Origin: Nitrospinota bacterium
GTDB lineage: Bacteria > Nitrospinota > Nitrospinia > Nitrospinales > VA-1
Length of the DNA stretch: 64,000 nucleotides
Reading direction: 5' to 3'
NCBI GenBank assembly: GCA_027619975.1
Contig: JAQCGX010000004.1
Span: forward strand, 25,508 to 89,507
Part shown: piece by piece, positions 1-8,508 of the stretch
Layout: each line of letters begins with the position of its first letter
Position numbering within the stretch: position 1 is the first letter of the stretch
Translations under genes and position numbers: made by a program
Notes under the pieces: generated by a model
Database searches by the model: none
Seen by the model: only the letters and a program-made list of their open reading frames with translations
What the model was told of the DNA's origin: nothing

Positions 1-276
1 CGGGTTGATGAACACCTCGCCGCCGGTGATGTAATAATCCTGAACGCCCAACTCTTTCGCTTCTTCTAGAGTTTTCTGCACCTGCTGAAGGGTCATCATC
101 TCGTGACTGTGATTCTGCGGACCGCAACTGATAAAGCAATGGGTGCATTGCAGGTTGCACAGCGTGCCCCCCACCTGCATCCACAACGTCTCAAGCCGGG
201 TGAGAGGGACTTCAGGAATTTTCTCAACGGGTGTTTTCACCGCCAAAGGGATTTCTTCATTGATTGATTTCATCAT
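1..276 (-). CDS. radical SAM protein, N-terminal part (gene continues past left edge)
   Basis: Own translation from ATG at 276: MMKSINEEIPLAVKTPVEKIPEVPLTRLETLWMQVGGTLCNLQCTHCFISCGPQNH...YYITGGEVFINP. It contains the CxxxCxxC cluster motif (CNLQCTHC). The ORF runs off the edge, so it is absent from the track. Confidence 0.75.
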   Translation of the reverse strand, partial: MMKSINEEIPLAVKTPVEKIPEVPLTRLETLWMQVGGTLCNLQCTHCFISCGPQNHSHEMMTLQQVQKTLEEAKELGVQDYYITGGEVFINP

Positions 277-536
277 TCAAGCCTAGCAAAGGATAATGCG
301 CATTGCAACCGATACCCAACCTTGGACCAGCGTGAATTTCTCAGTCGGATGAGCCTTATATTCCTAACAAAGAAGATTAGAGAAAAGCCCAATTTTCAGG
401 AGAAAACAAGGGTCCAGTGACGCTGACTAAGATGAGAAGAACACATTTCCGGCAAGAATGCGTTTAGATGAAAGACAGCTGGAACCTAACTAAGAAGCGT
501 TACACGGCGTGAACAAACTCGCCCTCCGCGTAGGAG

Positions 537-1706
537 CTACAGCCCCGCCGATTCATAAGAATCGCTGATGTTCTTGATGCGTAGTTTTCGGCGGAAGGCC
601 GCAAAGCCTTCCGAGGCTTTTTTGCCCAGTCGGGACCGATAAATGGGTTTGGTCGCCAATTGCGCGGACTTAGGCGCCTCCGTGAAATATTGCGTGTCCA
701 GTGGGCTCACACAGCGGCAATTGGGATACAACCATTTCAAATTCAACCGGTCGCGCTCCGCCGCTTCCCGCAAATGCCGCGCCACTTCCTTCACCCGCCA
801 GTAATCCTTGCTGGTATGAATGCTGGTGGTGAGCAATTTCAACTGCGGAACAATGCCCCGCTCTGTCAAATGGTCGATTTTTTTCTTGATCAGATCCAGA
901 GGTTCCGCCCCCAATATCAATTCCGTCCACACCGTTCCCTGAGGAAAAATTCCCACTGCATATTCCAGCGCGTCATGCACCTGATGCGCCGGTATCAGTT
1001 CTTCCTGCGATTCAGCCCCGGCAAACCCATCCAAAGGGAAATCCAAAAGATCGAACCCTGCGGCATACATCAGGTCGATCGTTCGTTTTTCCTGGGGAGG
1101 AAAACCTTTTAGAGCCACAAAAGTCTTGAATTGCTTTTTGATCGCATCCACGACAGGAGCCAGCAGTTGAAACCCCCGGTCCTTGTCGTCGCAATAATCC
1201 ATGTTGAGTTGAACCAGGTCCGCGGCCCCTTCCTCAAAGGCAGACTGAACAATGGAAATGATATAGTCCTTCGACATGTTCAAACTTTTTCCCTTATCAA
1301 CAGCGCGTAGGAAAATGTTCAGACAATATCCGTCCAGGCAAATGTTCTCGGACAGCGGCGTTCTCTGTTTCATCAAATCTTTGAGAAACGTCGGTAAGGG
1401 AATGATCCCCACCTCCTCTTCGCCCCCGTCTCCAGAGTTCAGAAACAAACCGCCATCCCGAACTTTCATTTTTATCTGCGCCTGATCTTCCGTTTTCAGG
1501 AACGTTTTAACGATAAAATTTTCCGCCAGAGCCAACGCCACTTCCTCACCCGGCGCACCGGGACACACCCCACAAGCCACATCGGGCGATTTCAAAACTT
1601 CGGGTGGAATGAACAGTCCATTCTGGATCAGCTCCAGCTTGAGCTGGCCGTAGGTTTTAACCCGCTGATCGGTTGGCACTCCCTGAGATGAGCTCAAGAC
1701 ATTCAC
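537..1706 (-). CDS. hypothetical protein, radical-SAM-like barrel without canonical CxxxCxxC
   Basis: 389-aa ORF with a GTG start, on the same strand and immediately upstream of the radical SAM gene. The alternating beta/alpha pattern resembles radical SAM cores, but only scattered Cys are present (CGVCPG, CLDGYC, CRC). Family not recognised. Confidence 0.55.
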   Translation of the reverse strand: MNVLSSSQGVPTDQRVKTYGQLKLELIQNGLFIPPEVLKSPDVACGVCPGAPGEEVALALAENFIVKTFLKTEDQAQIKMKVRDGGLFLNSGDGGEEEVGIIPLPTFLKDLMKQRTPLSENICLDGYCLNIFLRAVDKGKSLNMSKDYIISIVQSAFEEGAADLVQLNMDYCDDKDRGFQLLAPVVDAIKKQFKTFVALKGFPPQEKRTIDLMYAAGFDLLDFPLDGFAGAESQEELIPAHQVHDALEYAVGIFPQGTVWTELILGAEPLDLIKKKIDHLTERGIVPQLKLLTTSIHTSKDYWRVKEVARHLREAAERDRLNLKWLYPNCRCVSPLDTQYFTEAPKSAQLATKPIYRSRLGKKASEGFAAFRRKLRIKNISDSYESAGL

Positions 1707-1761
1707 AATCTTTAAAAGAATCTCAAATAATTAAAATTGATTTTTGGGATGCTCCCAAATT

Positions 1762-3165
1762 TCACAAACGGTCCAACAGTTTCTGATGAATTCCGTAAAA
1801 CCCGCCGGATGACATGATGAGCACCACATCCCTCGACTGATTATTTTTTGCTATGTAGTCAACAATATCCTCAACGTCCGGGATGAAATGCGCCGCAACA
1901 CCTGCCCGCTCAATATCCTGAACCAGCCGGTCCGGGTCCAACCGCTCGTTCGGCGGAATTTTATCGGTCGCGTACGGTCGGGCGATGATGACTGCATCCG
2001 CCTTCGCAAAACTCGGCGGAAAAATTTCCTGGAAGGTATTTCTGCGTGAGGTCGCCGAGCGCGGCTCAAAAACCGCCCAAATACGCAACCCCGGATACGC
2101 CTCTTTCACCCCTTCGAGGGTCAATCCGATGGCGGTGGGATGGTGAGCAAAATCATCGATCACCACCACACCGTTTTTTTCTCCGACCACTTCCTGCCGC
2201 CTTTTGATTCCCTTAAAAGTCGAAAACGACTTGCAAACGTCATCGGCGGGAAGGCCCAACTTTACGGCCATCGCGGCTACTGCCACGGCGTTTTCCACAT
2301 TGTGGCGCCCGACCATAGGCAAGCGAATCTCGCCAACACCTTCGCCCTTGTGACGAAGCCTGAAACAACCGACGCCAGCTTCAAAATGGTAGTCGACTGC
2401 GCACCAGTCCGCTCCAGCGGTCAACCCGTAGGTTTCCACCGGGCAGGAAGCCTGTTGCAATACATCGGTCACATTTTCATCTGCAAATCTTACCAGTAAA
2501 AAGCCCGCAGGGTCGATTATTTCTACAAATTTTCGGAATGCAGACTTGAAATGATCCAGGTCGTCGTAAATATCGGCATGGTCAAACTCGATTCCCGTGA
2601 GGATGGCGGCCAACGGACGGTAATGCAGAAACTTGGGTCCCTTGTCAAAAAAGGCGGTGTCGTACTCGTCGCCCTCGGTGACAAAATAGTCGCCCTCCGG
2701 GACCCGGTAATTGCGATCGAAGTTTTTCAGCCAGCCGCCGACCATGAATCCCGGTTTTTTCCCGCAGGCATGCAATACCCAGCTGAGTAATGACGTGGTC
2801 GTGGTTTTGCCATGCGTCCCGGTCACTACCAGTGACTTGCGACCTTCCAGATAAAACTGCGCCAGGGCATCGGGAAACGACGTGTAAGGAATGCCCAATT
2901 CCAAAACCGCCTGCACTTCTTCATTGGTTTTGGAAACCGCATTGCCGACGATGACAAGATCAATGTCTTTGCTGATATTTTCGTGCTTGAAACCCGGCAT
3001 GACAGGAATGTTGAGGTCAGCCAGTAGCGTGCTCATGGGTGGGTAGATATTGGCATCGGAGCCTGTCACATCATACCCCGACTCCTTTAAGAGCCCGGCG
3101 AGCGAGGCCATGCCCGTGCCACAAATCGCGATAATGTATATTTTTTTAATATCTTGAGGATTCAT
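1762..3165 (-). CDS. mpl: UDP-N-acetylmuramate:L-alanyl-gamma-D-glutamyl-meso-diaminopimelate ligase (Mpl)
   Basis: 467 aa. N-terminal IAICGTGMASLAGLL, Mur-ligase P-loop TGTHGKTTTTS, and overall Mpl-like length and sequence. Confidence 0.88.
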   Translation of the reverse strand: MNPQDIKKIYIIAICGTGMASLAGLLKESGYDVTGSDANIYPPMSTLLADLNIPVMPGFKHENISKDIDLVIVGNAVSKTNEEVQAVLELGIPYTSFPDALAQFYLEGRKSLVVTGTHGKTTTTSLLSWVLHACGKKPGFMVGGWLKNFDRNYRVPEGDYFVTEGDEYDTAFFDKGPKFLHYRPLAAILTGIEFDHADIYDDLDHFKSAFRKFVEIIDPAGFLLVRFADENVTDVLQQASCPVETYGLTAGADWCAVDYHFEAGVGCFRLRHKGEGVGEIRLPMVGRHNVENAVAVAAMAVKLGLPADDVCKSFSTFKGIKRRQEVVGEKNGVVVIDDFAHHPTAIGLTLEGVKEAYPGLRIWAVFEPRSATSRRNTFQEIFPPSFAKADAVIIARPYATDKIPPNERLDPDRLVQDIERAGVAAHFIPDVEDIVDYIAKNNQSRDVVLIMSSGGFYGIHQKLLDRL

Positions 3166-3268
3166 TCGGATGGACGATTTTAGAGGCAGACGGCCCCAAA
3201 GTCAAGTTTTGCCACAAGTGGGACGGGAAGTTGGCAGAATAACTTGATAGAATAAGAAAAAAATTTTC

Positions 3269-3294
3269 ACCGCAAAGACGCAAAGGTCGCAAAG
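3269..3294. repeat. left arm of 26-bp inverted repeat (3 x CGCAAAG) abutting the GxxExxY start codon
   Basis: ACCGCAAAGACGCAAAGGTCGCAAAG ends at 3294 and the ATG is at 3295. The reverse complement of 3675..3700 matches at 24/26 positions. Confidence 0.85.
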
Positions 3295-3672
3295 ATGGAC
3301 GAAAATGAATGGTCAAACAAAATAATTGGCGCGTGTATTGAAGTTCATAAATCCTTGGGGCCGGGATTATTGGAAAATGTTTACCAGAATTGCCTGGCAC
3401 GAGAATTTTCTTTGCAAAATATTCCTTTTCAAAAGGAAGTGTCCAAGCCAGTTGAGTATAAAGGTGTGTTAATGGATTGCGATCTTCGTCTCGATTTCCT
3501 GATAGATAATAAGGTCGTCGTTGAACTAAAAGCGGTTGAAAAGATTTTACCCGTCCACAAAGCTCAGGTATTGACCTATTTAAAACTAACAGGTTGTAAA
3601 CTTGGACTGCTGGTAAATTTCAATGTCTCGGCTCTTAAAGATGGCGTTGAAAGAATTGTTCTTGGCCTTTAA
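3295..3672 (+). CDS. GxxExxY family protein (PD-(D/E)XK-like)
   Basis: 125 aa. Begins ...IIGACIEVHKSLGPGLLENVYQNCL (the G-x-x-E-x-x-Y signature) and ends ...GLLVNFN; typical size for the family. Confidence 0.85.
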   Translation: MDENEWSNKIIGACIEVHKSLGPGLLENVYQNCLAREFSLQNIPFQKEVSKPVEYKGVLMDCDLRLDFLIDNKVVVELKAVEKILPVHKAQVLTYLKLTGCKLGLLVNFNVSALKDGVERIVLGL

Positions 3673-3674
3673 CC

Positions 3675-3700
3675 CTTTGCGTTCTTTGCGTCTTTGCGGT
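3675..3700. repeat. right arm of 26-bp inverted repeat (3 x CTTTGCG)
   Basis: CTTTGCGTTCTTTGCGTCTTTGCGGT starts 2 nt after the TAA stop of the GxxExxY gene. Confidence 0.85.
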
Positions 3701-3767
3701 AGAAATAGGGTTTAGTCTTCATATTTGCCCATAAACACTTCTTCATTAAAAGAAGAAAACATTCAAA

Positions 3768-4166
3768 ATGGTCATTTTTAGAACATCTAAAGAGACACTT
3801 TCAAAAGTTGTGGCGAATTGTAAACATGCTCTTGAAGTGAGGCCTGCAAAATTAAATTTTGGAGATATTATTCTAATTGCCCAGACGATAGACTCCTTGG
3901 ACTGTGGCAAGAAGCCAATTCGCTACCGAATGGAGTTTGTAAATTGTTATGAAGATAGAGAAGGGTTGAGTGAGAGAATTTGGGGAAGGCGTTGGAAGTA
4001 TATCATTGAAGGGAAAAACTGTTGCGAACTAAACAAACCATTTGATATTAGAAAAATCCCACATCTCAATACAAAAAAATATGAACGGGGTGGACCCATC
4101 GTTTATGTTGACCCTGATGATATAAAAAAATTAGAAGACTTGGGCTACTTGGAAGTTAAAAGCTAG
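3768..4166 (+). CDS. hypothetical protein (visibly AT-rich orphan)
   Basis: 132-aa ORF with an ATG start in a stretch much more AT-rich than its neighbours. No motif recognised. Confidence 0.45.
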   Translation: MVIFRTSKETLSKVVANCKHALEVRPAKLNFGDIILIAQTIDSLDCGKKPIRYRMEFVNCYEDREGLSERIWGRRWKYIIEGKNCCELNKPFDIRKIPHLNTKKYERGGPIVYVDPDDIKKLEDLGYLEVKS

Positions 4167-4185
4167 CACAAAGATATATAAAAAA

Positions 4186-4725
4186 TCACTCCCCAGGCAG
4201 GATGTTGGTGAACTGGTACTCTTCCACAGGAAAACCGATGGTCATGTCGAATTTGGTTTCACCCCATTGCTCGATGGATAAAAACTTCGTACTTTTTTCA
4301 TCGCTGAAGTCCCACACCACAAAAGGCATTCCCTCCTCCGCATCGCCCTTAAAATACTCGCCGATATCGTCCGTCTCGACATAAAACGTTTCCCCCTCGA
4401 ACACCACTTCCTCCGGCGGGTCTTCATGTTCGACGATGTGCCCGGCAATGTCGCCATCCAACTTGAAGATGGGCTTTTTCTGGCTCAGAGACCATGCGAC
4501 CTCGCCGTCTTCTTCCCCGCGTTCGAGGAACCAGGATTCGGACCCCAGCTGCAATTCCCACTCATCGGTCACTCCGCCCTCTTCCCACTCGTAGTGATTA
4601 CAGGCTGTGACCCGATACGTTTTCATATCGTAGTCCACCAGGAAACCGGGCTTGAGTTTGGAGAGCACCAGGTCCTCCAGCTGAGGTTGCTCCTCTTTTT
4701 TCTTTTTAAAAAAGTCGAATGCCAT
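4186..4725 (-). CDS. DUF4178 domain protein (YjfK-position gene of the PspA operon)
   Basis: 179 aa. The pattern LKPGFLVDYDMKTYRVTACNHYEWEEGGVTDEWELQLGSESWFLERGEEDG fits DUF4178 as I remember it. The start lies 1 nt after the pspA stop. Confidence 0.65.
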   Translation of the reverse strand: MAFDFFKKKKEEQPQLEDLVLSKLKPGFLVDYDMKTYRVTACNHYEWEEGGVTDEWELQLGSESWFLERGEEDGEVAWSLSQKKPIFKLDGDIAGHIVEHEDPPEEVVFEGETFYVETDDIGEYFKGDAEEGMPFVVWDFSDEKSTKFLSIEQWGETKFDMTIGFPVEEYQFTNILPGE

Positions 4726-4726
4726 G

Positions 4727-5437
4727 TCAGGAGATATTCATTTTGGCTTTCAAAGCGGCCAGACTGTCGGACACCGCCGGCAGTTTTGACCCCGAATCGA
4801 GCGCCTTGTTAATTTCATCATCGATGCTGGTGCTGGTGTCCGCAATTTCTCCGTAGGCCTTGGCCAGGGATTCATCCTCTTCCACCCGGGAACGCATTTT
4901 TTCCAGCATGGCAATGGTTCCACCCGCATCGACCTGGGCGATTTGCGCGTTCAGCTTTTTAGTGGCGGCGGCGGTTTTGGCACGGGCTCTCAGGGTGATC
5001 AGATCGTTTTCATAACGCTGGATGGTGGACCGCAATTTATCCACATTTTTCTGCAGTTGGTTCGACATCCCTTCCTGCGCCGTCATTTCCGTGTGCAACC
5101 GGACGGCTTCTTTGGAGGCGGTTTCTTTTCTCGACAACGCTTCCGTGGCCAGACGTTCGGCCTCGGCGGAATCCAGAGAACCGCCCTGCCCTTGCTGTAA
5201 CAATGCCATCGCTTTATGCTCGTAATCCGCCGCAAGTTTTTTCTTGTTCTCGGCGTCGTTGCGCATACGGATGACGATGCCTTTGACTTGCGCCAGGCTC
5301 TGCATGGATATGGTCAGATCTTTTTTCAGATCGCGGATGCCCTGCTCGGTCATTTTGATAGGATCTTCAATCTGATCCACCAGCGAATGAGCTTCGGCTT
5401 TGCCCATCCGGAAAATTCTGGAAAGTAATCCTGCCAT
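4727..5437 (-). CDS. pspA: PspA/IM30 family protein
   Basis: 236 aa. N-terminus MAGLLSRIFRMGKAEAHSLVDQIEDPIKMTEQGIRDLKKDL and a long coiled coil are typical of PspA/IM30/Vipp1. Confidence 0.9.
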   Translation of the reverse strand: MAGLLSRIFRMGKAEAHSLVDQIEDPIKMTEQGIRDLKKDLTISMQSLAQVKGIVIRMRNDAENKKKLAADYEHKAMALLQQGQGGSLDSAEAERLATEALSRKETASKEAVRLHTEMTAQEGMSNQLQKNVDKLRSTIQRYENDLITLRARAKTAAATKKLNAQIAQVDAGGTIAMLEKMRSRVEEDESLAKAYGEIADTSTSIDDEINKALDSGSKLPAVSDSLAALKAKMNIS

Positions 5438-5482
5438 GTTGAATCTCTCCTTTTATATCAATTTATATCGATGAATTCGGTT

Positions 5483-5878
5483 TTATTTGGATGCGGCAAA
5501 CGCAAGCAACTCTCCGCCATATTCTCCCAGCGCCAGACTCAAAGCATCAATGCTACCTTCCAGCTCGTTGCGGTCGAGGTTTTCCAGTTGCAGGGTGTCG
5601 CGAAACAGGAGGGTGTTGCCGCTGTCATCCAGAACAAAAGCGCCGTGGACCAGAGTGCGGTTGATTTGCAATAAGCGTTTGTAGATTTCAGCGGTTCCGT
5701 TCGGTAACGGCAGAATCACCTGTTCTAAAATCACGATCGGATCTTCGCAATCGATGACCAGATGCTTGACGCCTCGATCTTCATCATTCACGACCACCAG
5801 TTCTTCGGCGGCATCTTCCTGGTCAATGGTGAACCCCATGTCCAGCAAATACTCTTTAACGTTTTCAAAATTGGCCAT
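5483..5878 (-). CDS. YbjN/DUF2170-like PspA-associated protein
   Basis: The track ORF starts at GTG 5896, but the ATG at 5878 is preceded by GAGGAG. The acidic ~131-aa protein sits at the position of E. coli yjfI, directly upstream of the PspA paralogue. Family assignment is from memory. Confidence 0.55.
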   Translation of the reverse strand: MANFENVKEYLLDMGFTIDQEDAAEELVVVNDEDRGVKHLVIDCEDPIVILEQVILPLPNGTAEIYKRLLQINRTLVHGAFVLDDSGNTLLFRDTLQLENLDRNELEGSIDALSLALGEYGGELLAFAASK

Positions 5879-5888
5879 TCTTAACTCC

Positions 5889-6245
5889 TCATCCACGTTT
5901 TGACAGTTCTTTGTCTAATAGTCGGTAACTTTCGGTCAACCGCAGGGTCAATTCTCCGGCGACTTTTCTTTTCTCAGGATCGGCATCGTGCAGATCCGGA
6001 TGATATTTTTTCAGCAATCGTTTCCAGGCGGACTTTACCGCTGTACGGTTAGAACCCGGCTGGATTTCCAGATTCGCGTAATATTGGATGAACGGGTCTG
6101 AGGTCACAGGTGCTGACTCAAACGCTTCCCGCGTATCAAAATTAAAAGGCGTTTCGTTCGGATTGTAGACAGTTTTTTCCTCTGTCCGCTTTCCCATGAA
6201 ATCGTTCAAATTGGCACGGGCGATATCGACCAGTCGTTTCATCAT
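5889..6245 (-). CDS. J-domain (DnaJ-like) protein
   Basis: 118 aa. C-terminal YYANLEIQPGSNRTAVKSAWKRLLKKYHPDLHDADPEKRKVAGELTLRLTESYRLL is a J-domain with an HPD motif. There is a 4-nt overlap with the upstream gene, and the stop overlaps the next gene. Confidence 0.8.
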   Translation of the reverse strand: MMKRLVDIARANLNDFMGKRTEEKTVYNPNETPFNFDTREAFESAPVTSDPFIQYYANLEIQPGSNRTAVKSAWKRLLKKYHPDLHDADPEKRKVAGELTLRLTESYRLLDKELSKRG

Positions 6246-6778
6246 GATAGCGTTGCCCCGGCGTGAACATACAGATTGGTTTTACTGATGATGGACAACC
6301 CATCTTCCGGGTAGGTGTGAATGGTAACAAACCCGTTCGCGGCCAGATCGACCGCCACCCCGGTGAAAGGTTGCGCCGAGTTTGAGAGTTTTGCGGCCTC
6401 AAAACGGTGCGTCAATATTTCCATGGGTGGAATCTCTCCCAGCGAGGAGAGAAAACCCTCCATATCCTCGAACAACCGCGGGACCATTTCGATCGTCACC
6501 GCATACTGAATGTTTCCCACTTGATATTCTCTGCAATAATTTTCCCCGGCCTGCAAGGGGAAATGGTCCAAAGGCTTGTCCGTCGTTTCATCGGATGAAC
6601 AGGCGATGAATTCTGTCAGCGCCACGCCGCCCCCCCGGCTGATCACCCGGTGGCTCTTCCCTATAATACAGGTGTCGAGAACAACACGGTTGTCCAGGGT
6701 CCACTGGCCCTGATTGAAAATGGTGACCGGGCAATCCGGGACGCCTGCAAACAGGCTGAAATAAACGGGGTCAGACAT
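6242..6778 (-). CDS. hypothetical protein, first gene of the PspA operon
   Basis: 178-aa ORF with an ATGA overlap onto the J-domain gene. No motif recognised. Confidence 0.6.
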   Translation of the reverse strand: MSDPVYFSLFAGVPDCPVTIFNQGQWTLDNRVVLDTCIIGKSHRVISRGGGVALTEFIACSSDETTDKPLDHFPLQAGENYCREYQVGNIQYAVTIEMVPRLFEDMEGFLSSLGEIPPMEILTHRFEAAKLSNSAQPFTGVAVDLAANGFVTIHTYPEDGLSIISKTNLYVHAGATLS

Positions 6779-6841
6779 AAACGAGCAAACAATAGAAAAT
6801 CAATAGGGCTCCCAAGCGATAATGGGTGTATCAAGTTAAAA

Positions 6842-6870
6842 ATCCTACTTGTCGGGGATGGTTCTGTCAA
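6842..6870 (-). promoter_or_regulatory. candidate sigma70 promoter of the psp operon
   Basis: The minus strand reads TTGACA-17 nt-TAGGAT, about 64 nt upstream of the ATG at 6778. Confidence 0.35.
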
Positions 6871-6964
6871 CATCAATCCGTGCCCGATAAAATCCCGGCG
6901 CAGAGCCGAAAGCGGTACCCATGTCGATTTTGCTTGAATCGGTGGTAAACAAGCAACATCTTAA

Positions 6965-7185
6965 GGGCACCTCTAAAAATTATTTTATTACAGGAAATTG
7001 AACATTGTACAAGGATTTCATATATCAGTGGCACGGGCGACCTACCTTAAAGTTTATGCGGAAGTGCGGAATTTAATTCCGCCTTTCTAGCCCGTGCGGA
7101 CAGGCTGGAAAGCCTGTCCCACTAAAACAAAGCCATCTCCTTAAATTGACGATTAGGAGCATTTAGTCAATTTTTAGAGATGCCT
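6965..7185 (-). mobile_element. MITE copy A (221 bp, inverted orientation)
   Basis: Ends are GGGCACCTCTAAAAATT ... AATTTTTAGAGATGCCT. It is flanked by TTAA (6961-6964) and TTAA (7186-7189). It is about 90 percent identical to the reverse complement of copy D. Confidence 0.85.
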
Positions 7186-7231
7186 TTAAATTAAATCAGA
7201 CGTTCTCCCATCTGGCAGGAAATTAAAATTC

Positions 7232-8449
7232 ATGGAATACCGACGCTTTGGCCAAACCAATGAAATGCTTTCCGTCATCACCTTAGGTGGCATGCGCTTC
7301 ACTCATGGCTGGCTGCCTCCCCGCGACCGCCTGCCTCTGGAGTCTATCAAGAATTGTCTCGAAACCACACGCCAGGCATTGCAGTTGGGAATCAACCACA
7401 TCGAGACCGCGCATGGGTATGGCAAGAGCGAGCATCTCTACGGTGTAGCGCTCAAAGAATTAGCGGTTCCCCGCGACCAGTACAGGATGATGACCAAGGG
7501 AGCGCCGATGACCGCCGACGAGACCAAGGAACTTGTTGAGAGCCAGCTCACGGGCCTGCAACTGGACTTCGTGGATTTCTACGGATGGCATGGCATCAAT
7601 AATAAAGAACGATTACAAGCGGCTGTACGAACCGGAGGGCCAGTTGAAACGCTCCACCGGCTAAAGGAACAAGGACTGGTTCGTCATATCGGTTTTTCCA
7701 CCCACGGCCCACTGGATATCATTCTGCAAGCGCTGAATACCAACTTGTTCAGCTTCGTCAATTTACACTTTTATTACTTTTTTCAGCGCAATTTGCCAGC
7801 GGTCCAGTTGGCTGGCGAGAAGGATATTGGCGTTTTTATCATTTCTCCCAATGAAAAAGGCGGTCTCTTGTGGAAACCTTCGGAAAAGGTCAAGCAGGCG
7901 ACGCAACCGCTAACGGCCATCCAATTCAGCGGCCGGTTTTGCCTGAGCCACCCTGCAGTCACCACCCTGAGCATGGGCATGCACGAGCCGGAACATTTCC
8001 CTCAGAACCTGGCGATATTGAACGATGAAACGTATTTCTCCGAAGAAGATACAACAATTAAAACCACAATGGACGCCTCATTAAGCTCTGTTCCCGGCCT
8101 GTGCACCCTTTGCGACCAATGTCTGCCCTGCCCTGAAGACATCAATATTCCGGAAATTCTCCGCTTCAGAAATCTGCTGAAAGCCTATGACATGGTGGAT
8201 TACGGTAAATTCCGCTACAACATGCTGGAGGGCAAGGGCCACTGGTTTCCTGGCACCTTTGCTTTTAATTGCACCGAATGCGGCGACTGTCTGCCCCGAT
8301 GCCCGGAAAACCTGAAAATTCCGCAATTGTTGCTTCAAACCCATCATGAGCTGTTTGACCGCAAGGCCTATATCAAGAATAACATCATGGGTGTTGCACG
8401 CGTTGCCTATCAATTTCTGCGAAAAATTTTTAGCCCGGTTAGTTCTTGA
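7232..8449 (+). CDS. aldo/keto reductase with C-terminal 4Fe-4S dicluster domain
   Basis: 405 aa. N-terminal AKR pattern (INHIETAHGYGKSEHLYG). C-terminal CTLCDQCLPCP and CTECGDCLPRCP ferredoxin-type motifs. Confidence 0.85.
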   Translation: MEYRRFGQTNEMLSVITLGGMRFTHGWLPPRDRLPLESIKNCLETTRQALQLGINHIETAHGYGKSEHLYGVALKELAVPRDQYRMMTKGAPMTADETKELVESQLTGLQLDFVDFYGWHGINNKERLQAAVRTGGPVETLHRLKEQGLVRHIGFSTHGPLDIILQALNTNLFSFVNLHFYYFFQRNLPAVQLAGEKDIGVFIISPNEKGGLLWKPSEKVKQATQPLTAIQFSGRFCLSHPAVTTLSMGMHEPEHFPQNLAILNDETYFSEEDTTIKTTMDASLSSVPGLCTLCDQCLPCPEDINIPEILRFRNLLKAYDMVDYGKFRYNMLEGKGHWFPGTFAFNCTECGDCLPRCPENLKIPQLLLQTHHELFDRKAYIKNNIMGVARVAYQFLRKIFSPVSS

Positions 8450-8508
8450 AAAACTGGGATCTCTCCCTCCAAACCAATTAGATTTACCCATTGTGTGCAA
8501 AAAACCCA

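Noticed and set aside
6779-6960. A sigma54 (-24 GG / -12 GC) promoter upstream of the psp operon, as in PspF-dependent systems
   Set aside because: Reading the minus strand, I found no TGGCAC-N5-TTGC-like element, and no pspF-like activator is nearby. A sigma70-like TTGACA-17-TAGGAT is present instead.
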